Of a DNA stretch of 64,000 nt, positions 12,236 to 22,626 are shown piece by piece. The translations under genes and the position numbers were made by a program. Origin of the DNA: Naegleria gruberi (lineage: Eukaryota); NCBI GenBank assembly GCA_000004985.1, contig GG738862.1; one strand, 5' to 3'. The first letter of the stretch is position 1. Every line of letters starts with the position of its first letter. Below the pieces are notes generated by a model. The model saw only the letters and a program-made list of their open reading frames with translations. It was not told where the DNA came from and made no database searches.

Positions 12236-13357
12236 ATGCCTAATGCCATCAGTAGAGCAAACAAGCTCAAATCACCAACATCATCACCTAGTACAACGAC
12301 ACAATTACCTGTGTTTTCTGCTTTACCATCATCGGGATTTTCAAGTGGATCCTCTATTAGTGAGAAACCAGGAGCCTTAACAGTTGCATCATTTTCATCA
12401 AATGTTCAATTATATGAGGAGGAGAATTCAATGAATAATATTATGAGTGATTTTCTTAAAAAGAGTAACATTAGAGGAGGATTGTGGGTGTTCGCATGGT
12501 TTTTATTGAATTCTGGATTAGCCATTGCCAATAAGGCTGTCTTTTGGGGTGGGTTTAACTTTCCTGTTCTCCTTTCATGTATGCACATGATTATGAGTTG
12601 CATTCTTGCTCACATCTCCATCAAATTTCAAAATGATAGCAAGGATTTCAATGTTGAACCTTCTGCAATACCTCAAATCTACATTTATATCGTGATCTTT
12701 ATTGTAAATATAGTGTTTGGAAATGTTAGTGTTTGGAGAACATCACTACACATGTCACAAATTGTACGAAGCACCACACCAACCTTTGTTTTAATCACCA
12801 GTTACATGTTAATTGGTACCAAATCATCCTTATCAAAGATTGGAATGGTGATGATCGTAATACTTGGAGTTGCAATGACAGTGTACAGAAATTTTGAGAT
12901 TAATGGTGTGGACTTGTTGATTCTTATGATTGGAAATTTATTTGCTGCATTGAAGACAACTTTGACCAATTTATGTTTGAAATCTCAAAATGTGCATCCA
13001 CTTGTATTGACTAAATTTGTTTCCTTCTACTCTGCATGTGGTATGCTTGTGGTGGCCTTTATGAATGGTGAGATGCAATCCCTTACTGAAAATTATCATA
13101 AAGTCCAATGGTTGCAAGGTTATGGTTTGGCTGTGGTTACTTCAATTATGGCCTTCTTCCTCAATATTACCAATATGATAGCGAACAAGAAGACAAGTCC
13201 CCTCACCATCAGTTTGACTGCCAACCTTAAACAAGTTCTCATTGTTGTTTACAGCTTGGTCTATTTGCACGATTTGTCCAGTGTGAATATACTGAATATC
13301 ATTGGTGTGGCAGTCACACTGAGTGGAATGTTTATTTACTCTCTACTATCTCTCTAA
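12236..13357 (+). CDS. TPT/SLC35-family nucleotide-sugar or triose-phosphate-type transporter
   Basis: About 10 predicted TM helices. The N-terminal TPT-like block is GLWVFAWFLLNSGLAIANKAVFWGGFNFPVLLSCMHMIM. Clean ATG, TAA stop. Confidence 0.65.
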   Translation: MPNAISRANKLKSPTSSPSTTTQLPVFSALPSSGFSSGSSISEKPGALTVASFSSNVQLYEEENSMNNIMSDFLKKSNIRGGLWVFAWFLLNSGLAIANKAVFWGGFNFPVLLSCMHMIMSCILAHISIKFQNDSKDFNVEPSAIPQIYIYIVIFIVNIVFGNVSVWRTSLHMSQIVRSTTPTFVLITSYMLIGTKSSLSKIGMVMIVILGVAMTVYRNFEINGVDLLILMIGNLFAALKTTLTNLCLKSQNVHPLVLTKFVSFYSACGMLVVAFMNGEMQSLTENYHKVQWLQGYGLAVVTSIMAFFLNITNMIANKKTSPLTISLTANLKQVLIVVYSLVYLHDLSSVNILNIIGVAVTLSGMFIYSLLSL

Positions 13358-14055
13358 AGAGGAAGATGTTCAGTCAATAAACTAGAATCCTTAATGTGCG
13401 ATTTTGCCCAAACCTTACTCTATGCACTCTGAACTCTTTAATACACTATCTGTTGAAAATCGGATATTTCCAAATTGGTTCTTGCTGATAGTGCACAATA
13501 GGCTTTTCAATCTCAATTAGTTAATGAATGAATAATTTGTCTTTTTCAATGACTTTCGAACAATTAACATTATGGAAAGAAAATTATTATGATTTGTAGC
13601 CAAACACAGATGCAGATGGTGATTATCTCAGAGTAGAACCAAATAGAATTAATGGTCACTTTTCTAAAATGATTAATCAATTGATCAGAAGTAGATCTTT
13701 TGAAAGTTAAGAAACTACAAGATTCAAATCTTGGTTCAAAAAAGGTTATCTTCATTTCCTAACAAGTAAATCTTAGATGCAGAATTGATGTTCCTCGACC
13801 TCTTCGAATTGGAAAATTTAAATCCCAACGGTATTAAACTACGGTTTGAAAACGCGCCAATAAAAACACTGACATTAAATTTAAAGCGATTTCTTCCAGT
13901 TCCGAGTTCTGAAAGGAAAAAAATCGCATCTAAGGTTTTAATAAGGAAGTTGAATGTAATTAAGGCTTTGAGCGAATGTAGTGAATGTAGTGACAAATCC
14001 TGTTCTGTGATAAATTGGGTAAATAAACAACAGAAAACTCTAAGAAAATAGAAAG

Positions 14056-15858
14056 ATGCAACATCTCCAGCCAACTACTCGCAAGTCATACCTAAGCAAC
14101 ATTCAACAAATTGCCAAGTATTATCTGATAGCATGTTGCTTATTCATTCTCTCAATATTACTAGTACAATATCATGATCATCATCACGTTCTCAATATTA
14201 AAGAATTAAAATTCGGAGCCAGGCCTTCCTCAGTCAATAGTGAAGCATTCAATGAAGGAAGTGCAAGTAAGGATCAATATAATAATGGCATTACGATGAA
14301 TTTAGCTATGAATATTCCATCATCATTTAAAGATTTTTCAAAAACAACTAACAGGAAACACCATGTTCAGTGGAATAATATAAATCATTCAAAGCAAATT
14401 CCAAGTCTTACATGTAATTCATATGATTCTTCATCACATCAAGAACCACAAGTGCAGACAAGTGTAAACTCTTCCAAAACCCAAAGAGAAATATGTGATA
14501 CAGAGTATGGGTGTGTACTTTTAAACAATTGGAAGCAACATTCCTATTCACTGTGTGAGGAGATTCCATCCAGTACATTCCAAAGATTGAGGAAATACGT
14601 AATAGGAGGTGAGGAAAGATTTCCAACCAGAATGAAATGTTACAGTTACAATAATACACATGTTCCCCCTGCAACAGCTCCTCACACAGTTTGTGAGGTT
14701 TCCAATCTGGTGTTTGACTTTTCCAAGATGGTACATGCACCATGTCTACAATATAGACCTGGTTATTTTTGTAAGAAACCAACATATTTTAATTACAATG
14801 AAAGTGCATTAATTGGAAATTGCAGGAGAACTTCTGATTTTAAGCTGAGTTTATTCTCAAAGGATTTTGGAAAGGACATATTCTCCAGCTTTAGGACTGT
14901 TGAGGAAATACAATTCAAGGAGGAAGAGGACACGCAATACTATGATGGTATAACAATATTTGTTTCGAGAGAACAAGATGAGCATGTGAACATGTTTCAT
15001 TCAATGACTGATTTCTTTGCCACTTATCTCATGATTGAAATGTTTCAACTCAACAGTTCTCAAGTTCAAATTGTTTTATTGGATGATCATTATGATGGTC
15101 CATTTGATTTTCTGTGGAATTCTGTCTTTTCACTCAAAAGACCAATGATGAAAGCATCACAATTCAACAATTCAACTGTGAGATTTGAGAGGGCAATCTT
15201 TCAGCACTCTGGTTATGCAACACAATTTATGTCTCATATTTTGGATTTTGATAAACAAGATCAAAGAATTTGTAGCTCTAAAGTTGACCTTATTAATGGA
15301 TTTTCAAATAGAATTATGCATGCTCTTGATATCCATAAAAGAATTCCCAAGAAAAGAGATTTGTTAAAGGTTTTGCTCATTAGTAGAAGACCATACGTTA
15401 AGAATGGCATAAATCATCGATATATGGCTAGACAGATAGGTAATGAACCTGAGTTGATGGCATATTTGCAAAATGATCCAAAAATTAATTCTACATTTAT
15501 TATTGAAAGAATTGATTTTGCTGAACTCAATCTAACCCAACAAATTCAAAAGGTGCATGACTCTGATGTATTGATCGGTTATCATGGTGCTGGCCTAACT
15601 CATGCGCTTTGGCTGCCTGAGGGAACATCTGGAGTAATTGAAATATGGAAAACAGCAAAGATAAGAAGTTGGAGATGCTTTGAGCAAATATCGTATTGGA
15701 AAGGAAATGTTTACGAATTGTGGGTCAATACAGAGCAAAGAGTTATCAAAGTTGATAGATTTGGAGATTATTTGAGAATCAACCCTGACAAGTTCAAGAA
15801 GACCTTCAGTTCTGTAATTTCAAATTTAATTTCAATTAGGAATAAAACTCTATCTTAA
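14056..15858 (+). CDS. GT61-family (EOGT/DUF563-like) glycosyltransferase, type II membrane topology
   Basis: N-terminal TM YLIACCLFILSILLV. The family motif is DSDVLIGYHGAGLTHALWLPEGTSGVIEIW near the C-terminus. Confidence 0.7.
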   Translation: MQHLQPTTRKSYLSNIQQIAKYYLIACCLFILSILLVQYHDHHHVLNIKELKFGARPSSVNSEAFNEGSASKDQYNNGITMNLAMNIPSSFKDFSKTTNRKHHVQWNNINHSKQIPSLTCNSYDSSSHQEPQVQTSVNSSKTQREICDTEYGCVLLNNWKQHSYSLCEEIPSSTFQRLRKYVIGGEERFPTRMKCYSYNNTHVPPATAPHTVCEVSNLVFDFSKMVHAPCLQYRPGYFCKKPTYFNYNESALIGNCRRTSDFKLSLFSKDFGKDIFSSFRTVEEIQFKEEEDTQYYDGITIFVSREQDEHVNMFHSMTDFFATYLMIEMFQLNSSQVQIVLLDDHYDGPFDFLWNSVFSLKRPMMKASQFNNSTVRFERAIFQHSGYATQFMSHILDFDKQDQRICSSKVDLINGFSNRIMHALDIHKRIPKKRDLLKVLLISRRPYVKNGINHRYMARQIGNEPELMAYLQNDPKINSTFIIERIDFAELNLTQQIQKVHDSDVLIGYHGAGLTHALWLPEGTSGVIEIWKTAKIRSWRCFEQISYWKGNVYELWVNTEQRVIKVDRFGDYLRINPDKFKKTFSSVISNLISIRNKTLS

Positions 15859-17939
15859 AAAAGGTCATCTTCAAATAAACTTCTCTCATCCTCATTTTCA
15901 TACGCTACAGGTGTGGAGTCCTTTCTATTATTGTTAGCCTTTTTCTTTTTCTTAGGTGGTTCTCTTTGTTCCTGACTAAATGATTGACTATTTGATTGAC
16001 TGTGTTGAGAATACTGAGAATGTTGACTTGCCTCTTCCTCACATTCACTGAATGCTGTAGAGTCCTCCTGAGTAAAATGAAAACTAATATCATTATTGAT
16101 ACAATAAAACTCATAGAGAGCATTTGAAATTGCCTTACCGAGTACTTTTTGTGGATTATCGAGAAAGGCAACATTCTTAACAAGCTCTTTCTTTTCAGTG
16201 GTATCTTCACATTTGTTATACCCTTGCATCAGCCTATTAAAGGATTTGTACTTTTTGGCAATAGCTCTTGCAGCTTTATCCGTAATTTTTGGTATTTGAA
16301 TGAGACTTGTTATCCATTGATCTGCCGAATTCTTTCCAGATGATGGGATTTGAGTAAAATCAACATTGCTAGTTCTCTTCTTGTATGGTGCATCAGAAAT
16401 TATCTTTGTGAATCCGTCCAAATATTGTGCTGTTTCCTCTACATTCTTAGTTTCGAATATTTTGACATTATTAAATTTGAATAAGGCTCTCAGTTTGTAC
16501 TTTTCCAATTCGTCTGCATTAACCTTGGTATTCTTAGTAGGAGCATTAGAAGCGTTTTTCTTTTTGTTTAAAGCATTAGAATACTGCTCAGCAGCAACTT
16601 TTTTCAAATACTCTGGTAATCCTTCTATTAGTACAATTATAATGTATTGTTTTTTAAATCTCTTGTTCCAATAATATATTGAATTTTGGCTCAAAGACTC
16701 ACTAAATTCCACATCTAGTGATTTTATAGCCTGTTCCAAATAATGTTCAAATATACTTGATTCTATCTCAATAGATTTCAAGTAAATATCAGTAAACATA
16801 TCTCCTGTTATTCTCAAAACTACATATGGTACTGTAAAATCAACATGTTTCTTATCAATATCATTGGCATCAAATTGAAAATAATCGTTGGGATTTTTCT
16901 TTTGTTTTTGTAGAACAAATATACTATAATCTAGAGGTAATCTTCTTTTCCATTGAACAGAAAATGCAAGGGGTAACTTTTGTGTAATGACCTGTTCTTT
17001 TGGAACTGAATTAGTTTCAATGAATGTAATAAGACTCTTTCCACCAACACTCTTTGATAACTCCTCATCTATTACAACTACCATTTCATCTTTGAAGCCA
17101 CCAGTAGCTCTTTTGAAAAATTCTTTCTTTTTCACATCCGAAAACGAAACTGGAGTAAAAATTTCAGTTCTTAATGGTTGAGAAGATTGAGAGGCGTCAT
17201 GCTGAGAATCAAAAAATAAATCTGATTCAATAGAATGTTGTGTATGAGAATCGCTATTTAAATGTAAGAGCCTGGAGTTTGGACTTGACTGAGAAATTTC
17301 AAATTGAGAATGTGATGCCTCTATGGAATTAATATTGTTATATTCAAGAGGTGAGTATGAAGGTGAAGCCGTCACAATGTTGCTTCTTGTCAATGGAGGA
17401 GAAGATTTTTCCTCCTCGCTCTCATCATCACTCAATACGTTATCAAAAAGCTCTGTAACTGTTCTCTTACTCTGAGTAAAATTAGTCAAAATTGGAGAAG
17501 ATAAAAAATCTGAAAATGATGAAGTTCCTGTAGAAGTGTGATTACCATTCGAAAAATGATTAGTTTCCTGAAGCTGTTTTGGAGGTGATGTGTACATCAT
17601 TGTTCCTTCATCTTCATCATCACTCAAAATTACACATTCAGAATTTGTATTTACAAATCTCCCATGAGGTGTCTCTGGAGTAATCAAACTTTCAATTAGA
17701 ATTCCATTCATTTGTGGAGGTGAAATTCCAAATCTTGTATTTTCATCCATTGTTAATAATCGATTCCTAGGAGTAACCAATGAAGGAGATTGATTTTTAC
17801 CTCCACTATTATTACTAACACCACTCATACCACTCGAAATGGGTGTATTATTACTTAATTTCTGAGAAGGAGGAGAAATAACTTCCTCATCATCGTCATC
17901 ACTCGAAAGACAAATACAATCCGATTGAAAAGATTTCAT
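15855..17939 (-). CDS. EME1/Mms4-like structure-specific endonuclease subunit (Mus81 partner), with a long acidic/Ser-rich N-terminal region
   Basis: The C-terminal half matches EME1 pattern blocks: VVVIDEELSKSVGGKSLITFIETNSVPKEQVITQKLPLAFSVQWKRR, then NVKIFETKNVEETAQYLDGFTKIISDAPYKK, then KAARAIAKKYKSFNRLMQGY. Assigned by recall only. Confidence 0.5.
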   Translation of the reverse strand: MKSFQSDCICLSSDDDDEEVISPPSQKLSNNTPISSGMSGVSNNSGGKNQSPSLVTPRNRLLTMDENTRFGISPPQMNGILIESLITPETPHGRFVNTNSECVILSDDEDEGTMMYTSPPKQLQETNHFSNGNHTSTGTSSFSDFLSSPILTNFTQSKRTVTELFDNVLSDDESEEEKSSPPLTRSNIVTASPSYSPLEYNNINSIEASHSQFEISQSSPNSRLLHLNSDSHTQHSIESDLFFDSQHDASQSSQPLRTEIFTPVSFSDVKKKEFFKRATGGFKDEMVVVIDEELSKSVGGKSLITFIETNSVPKEQVITQKLPLAFSVQWKRRLPLDYSIFVLQKQKKNPNDYFQFDANDIDKKHVDFTVPYVVLRITGDMFTDIYLKSIEIESSIFEHYLEQAIKSLDVEFSESLSQNSIYYWNKRFKKQYIIIVLIEGLPEYLKKVAAEQYSNALNKKKNASNAPTKNTKVNADELEKYKLRALFKFNNVKIFETKNVEETAQYLDGFTKIISDAPYKKRTSNVDFTQIPSSGKNSADQWITSLIQIPKITDKAARAIAKKYKSFNRLMQGYNKCEDTTEKKELVKNVAFLDNPQKVLGKAISNALYEFYCINNDISFHFTQEDSTAFSECEEEASQHSQYSQHSQSNSQSFSQEQREPPKKKKKANNNRKDSTPVAYENEDERSLFEDDLF

Positions 17940-18383
17940 TATATTTAATCTCTAAATTAATTGATTTACTGAGAAGGGTTGGAGAAAATTTCCTCCGAAA
18001 GATGATAATCAACCAACAATCTCGAGACAATTTTTTTAATTTTAAAAAACATTAAAAACATAAACTTTTGATTCGACCAAACTCTGGAAGTTTAATTTTC
18101 TTTGTCCTCCTCACATGTTCTCATATTAACATATTGTTCATGAACAAATATTATATAATTGATAATCGGATGCTGGGTTCAATTCAAATCTTACTCTTAT
18201 TACTAATGAATAATCATCCTTGAAATGTTTTTACAACCATATGCAAAATGAAGCTAACTATCTATTGCACTATTTTGACCATGATGCTGAGAAGTGACAA
18301 TGATTACAAGAGTTTCATTGTCCTAGATAATGGTGATGATGTATTGAGAGTTTTTTCTCTGTTGGCTTTTCTCCTCTTTGAAG

Positions 18384-18397
18384 CATGACGTCATGCT
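18384..18397. promoter_or_regulatory. perfect 14-bp palindrome gcaTGACGTCAtgc (CRE/ATF-type bZIP site), about 90 bp upstream of the RAMP4 ATG
   Basis: Seen directly in the sequence. The core TGACGTCA is at 18387..18394. Confidence 0.35.
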
Positions 18398-18486
18398 CTT
18401 TGGCTAGTGAAAATTTCAGCACAAAGTTAAAAAATCAGAAAATTATTAAATTAAAAAAAATCGATCAACAACACAATACATACACA

Positions 18487-18693
18487 ATGGCTAACATTTC
18501 TAGAGCAAAACAAGTCAGCAAGAGTTTTGAAAAGAAGGTCTACGATAAGGATAGTGAAAAGGATAAGAAGAAGACCACAACTGAAGAATCTCCTCAAGTC
18601 GGACCTTTGGTTTTGGCTTTCCTCTTGTTCGTTGTCGTTGGTTCTGCTCTTGTTCAAATTTTCAACAATGCCAAGACTGGTCAAATTGAATAA
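18487..18693 (+). CDS. RAMP4/SERP1 stress-associated ER membrane protein (68 aa)
   Basis: MANISRAKQVSKSFEKK...SPQVGPLVLAFLLFVVVGSALVQIFNNAKTGQIE matches the SERP1 pattern ...[21 protein letters not shown]... The true ATG is at 18487; the track start upstream is an alternative codon. Confidence 0.75.
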   Translation: MANISRAKQVSKSFEKKVYDKDSEKDKKKTTTEESPQVGPLVLAFLLFVVVGSALVQIFNNAKTGQIE

Positions 18694-19177
18694 TTGTTCA
18701 ATAGTAATATAAATACACACTTCCAACGATTTTTAGAGATCAATCACGACTAGAATTGATCGTAAGAACAGTTCATCTACTAGCAATCCTTTGTAAATTA
18801 TTAAGTGGAGCTATTAAATAAAATGTAGCCCAAATTTTGAAATCATTTTCATTCTTTTCAATCGGAATTTTCTTGTGATAACCAATCTTTCCTTAGTCCG
18901 CAATGCCTTTATGATTGGTGGAAAATAAGAAACTGAAAAAATTATAAAATACTATTTTATATTTTTCATTCACTTTCCAGGTCCATCATCAGTAGTGTGA
19001 TTTCATGTTTTAAACAATGTTTTAAATAATATTATAATTATTTTAACTATCTATTGGTACAACTACCGATTCATCCGTCATTGGTGTTGTTAATCGGCAC
19101 TCTTTTCTTGTTGAACAAGTCAAACAAAGAAATAACTGATTTTTAAATATTTTGGTTTTTTATATGTGTGAATCAAT

Positions 19178-19783
19178 TTACTTTTGTTGGGCTTGTTGGG
19201 CAGCTTGTTCGGCGTGTTCAAGAATCTTTTTCTTCTTTGATTCGGTCTTTTCAGCTCTCTTTTGCTTGATCTTATCTTGCTTTTCCTTCTTGACCTTAAG
19301 TTGTTCCTTGATACGTTGTTCACGGATAATTTCAGCCTTAGCCTTGAAGACGTGTTCCATCAAAATTCTCTTGCTCTTGAAGACGTTACCCTTGACCTTA
19401 GCGTACAATTCACGGTACAAAGTCTTGTCGATCTTTCCGTTGTCTCTGTACTTCTTCAACAACTTTCTTTCGACTCTCATTCTCTTCAACCATTGGAGCT
19501 TGGATGGATTTCTGGCGTCCTTTGAACCGAATCTCTTACCAATACCCATGTGTCTACCTTCGAGCTTGGCATCCTTTCTCTTTCTCCATCTGTATCTGGT
19601 TCTGATTTCAACAGGCTTTCTGATGATGATACCATCCTTAACCAACTTTCTGATGGTATTTCTTGAGGAAGCTTGAGAAACTTCAGACAATTCGTTTGGA
19701 TCAATCCAGACTCTTCCCTTACCGCAAGACAAAATGTCAGCGGCGAGTCTCTTTTGCAATCTGAATGTTGGACCACCAGTCAT
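19178..19783 (-). CDS. rpl19: 60S ribosomal protein L19e
   Basis: FRLQKRLAADILSCGKGRVWIDPNELSEVSQASSRNTIRKLVKDGIIIRKP...GRHMGIGKR...KGNVFKSKRILMEHV; Lys-rich C-terminus; TAA stop. Confidence 0.9.
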   Translation of the reverse strand: MTGGPTFRLQKRLAADILSCGKGRVWIDPNELSEVSQASSRNTIRKLVKDGIIIRKPVEIRTRYRWRKRKDAKLEGRHMGIGKRFGSKDARNPSKLQWLKRMRVERKLLKKYRDNGKIDKTLYRELYAKVKGNVFKSKRILMEHVFKAKAEIIREQRIKEQLKVKKEKQDKIKQKRAEKTESKKKKILEHAEQAAQQAQQK

Positions 19784-20428
19784 TGTGAGTTATTTTTTTT
19801 CAACAAGTTTTTTAATTTTTTGGTCAACGTTCAGAATAAGTTTTTACAATTAATTGTTGTTAGCTTTGCACAACCAGCAAAAATGCAGAAGGTAAGCTGA
19901 TAATTGAAAAAAATGTATTGCTACACTTGAAATTCTTGAATAATCTTTTTCATCAATTCCTATCATCAATCTTCTACTTCTTCTTACACAGTTAATCTCC
20001 TTGATTAAAAAATTAATTAGAAATACAATATAGAATGAATTGACAATTCTCTTCTTGTTTTGAATCAAACCTAACAAGAATATTCCCTGAAATAGTCTAT
20101 AATCCAATCCATCTACAATTTTTAATGTTTTAATTGAGATCTATCATGTCTAACAACCTTCCTCAACAGGTTGTACAACAATTACATGATTTTTCTAATA
20201 AGACAATAATTCCGTGATGGTGAACAAACCAGCCCGAGCTGTTTGAACGGAAAGAAAAAATTAATTAAACAATAAAACCTATTAATTGTCCACAATCTCT
20301 TGACCTAATCTTCCATAGACAATACTCGTAAAGTAACAGGCTGGTAAATCCTTTTATTAATTGTTCATTGTGTCTTCATTGAATTGAAAACCCGCCAAAT
20401 TTAAAAAGAAGAAAAATTAAAAAGAAAA

Positions 20429-22575
20429 ATGCACAACAGTCGCGTTCTTAATATTGTTGTTTTAGGTTCTGAACACAGTGGAAAGTCCACGCTGATTGAT
20501 TCTATCGTGTTCGATCCAAATAGAGATGGAGAGGTATGTATCAATGTTGAAGAATAATGTTGGATGTTAATAATATGTAAAATTCATTTTGATTGGATTT
20601 ATTAATTAATTGGATAAATATTAATCATATTGACAAACAATAATAATGGATTTAATATTCATTGGAACGGAATATCAACAATATTGGAAAATATAGTTAC
20701 CAAGAGTTTTAGGACCAAAGGAATTTTCACTTCAATTGAAAAATCAAGACATTACTTTTAATTTCATTGACACCAATTCTGAAAAGACTATTCAACAGGC
20801 TTTTTCTACCATGCCAGTTTTGAGTGCAGACCTTTTTGTGTTTGTGATCGATAGTACCAATGAAGAAAGTGTCAAGAAATTCTATGAAGAATGGCTTCCA
20901 TATGTTGAGAAATCTAAAAAGATGCTTTATATAATTTTGACCAAGACCGATCTTAGAAACACAGAAGATCCAGAGTTATTTGATCCAACCCAAGCTGAAA
21001 AGTATGTCAGATATCAAGGATTGTTTAAATACAGTTCCAAGACAAGGGAAAATATTGAGATTTTACTTTTCAACTTGTCAAACATTTTCATATTTTCAGC
21101 AGATTTCCTTTATAATTTTATTGAGGAACGTTTAACGAGTCAATGTCATAAGGCTCTGAGAAGAATATTTTGGTTGATGGATGAGTTAAATTGTGGATTA
21201 GTTGATAATTCTACCATTAAGAATTTGATTGGCGCCACTGATGAGGATAGTGTTGTAATTGATGAAAATGGATCTATGGATTTGGATTCATTCTTGTCAT
21301 TTATGGTTTCATTAATTTTAACAAGACATGAACATCTTGTTTGGACCCTTATTCAAAAATTCAATTATAATGAAAAACTTGAACTCGATATTGATGACAT
21401 TATGTATGTATACTTGTTCGAAATTTTCAATTATTCTAACCATTTGAATAGTACTGACGTTTCTCCAGATATTTCACATGAAGATTTCATCACTCTTAGT
21501 GATGAAGGAAAGAAAGTTCTCACAAGTATTTTCAAGAGATTTGATAGGGATAATGACGGCCTTCTTGATGAAAATGATATTGATGAAGCATTTAGTCTTA
21601 CAACAGCATGTCCATTCCATGAAATGTCAACCAATTACTTTGATTCTTGTAGAACTGTGGAGGATAAGAAGATTGATATCCATTCTTGGATTTCACTTTG
21701 GCAATTAATTGTGACAACAAATTGTTACAGATATATTCATTGCTTATTTGAATGGGGATGCAATAATGTTGATGGAATGATTGAAGTTAAAAAGTAAGTT
21801 TATCAAATAATTCCCATACAAAACAATTTCAAATAGGAAGAGACTTTTTAGAAAGGCTCCAGAAGATTATCCAAACGTTCTCAATTGCTATATTTTCGGT
21901 GCTTCTAACTGTGGTAAAACTTCAGTTCTTAGACATTTCGTTGGAAAACCACCACTCAATACTCATTACTCTACAAAATCCACTCAATACTCGGTGGTTG
22001 ATAGAATTACGTATCAAAATAGGGAATATCATTTAATAGTTACAGAATTCGAAGATAAGGAAATTCCATTCGTGTTAAAATCAGAAGAATTAATGGGAAA
22101 GTGTGATGTTGCTCTCTTAGTTTTTGATGGTAGTGATAAATTTTCATTCAGTTTCCTTGAACATATTCAAAGAGGATTGGAAGTTACCATTCCATGTGTT
22201 TACATGTTGACTAAGAAAGATTTAGGACTTGTGGATCAAGAAAACTTGAGTGTTACTCCAGAACAATTTTGTGAAGCTCTCTCGCTTGTTTGGCCTCCAT
22301 ACCTATGCTCTTTGGTTACTGAGGATGGTCTTAAGAATATCAAGACACTCTTTTCAGATCTGTTAGAAGTTGCTTTGAATCCAAAGGAATCAGGATGTGT
22401 TCCAAACTGGAATATGAATAATGAAGAATCTGATGAAGAAGTAGAGTCTGATGATGAAGATTTCCCACCTAAGGAATCACTAATGAAGAGAACACTTAAA
22501 ATGGTTGGTGTTGTCTCAGTTTTTGGATTTGTTGCTTTTGCCATGATGAAATGGTTAAAGAGGGCTAAGGAATAA
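20429..22575 (+). CDS. Miro (mitochondrial Rho GTPase); 3 exons 20429..20533, 20697..21793 and 21837..22575
   Basis: Exon 1 MHNSRVLNIVVLGSEHSGKSTLIDSIVFDPNRDGE carries the P-loop. The GTATGT...ATATAG intron (20534..20696) joins it to LPRVLGPKEFS...NQDITFNF. EF hand FDRDNDGLLDENDIDEAF. The GTAAGT...AAATAG intron (21794..21836, phase 2) joins ...IEVKK to KRLFRKAPEDYPNVLNCYIFGASNCGKTS, the second GTPase domain. C-terminal TM anchor VGVVSVFGFVAFAMMKWL. Confidence 0.8.
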
Positions 22576-22626
22576 CTTATTAACCGTGTGAAATTTAAGA
22601 GTTTCATACAAATTAATAAATTTTAA

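Noticed and set aside
13785-14051. 88-aa ORF immediately upstream of the GT61 gene
   Set aside because: It has no motif and lies in the expected promoter or 5' UTR of the GT61 gene. It is more likely non-coding.
19784-20428. Plus- and minus-strand ORFs (19673..19900, 19850..20107) in the rpl19/Miro divergent promoter region
   Set aside because: They are short and low-complexity with no motif, and lie where a bidirectional promoter is expected. The partial direct repeat ttattaattgtYca is noted but is too weak to call.
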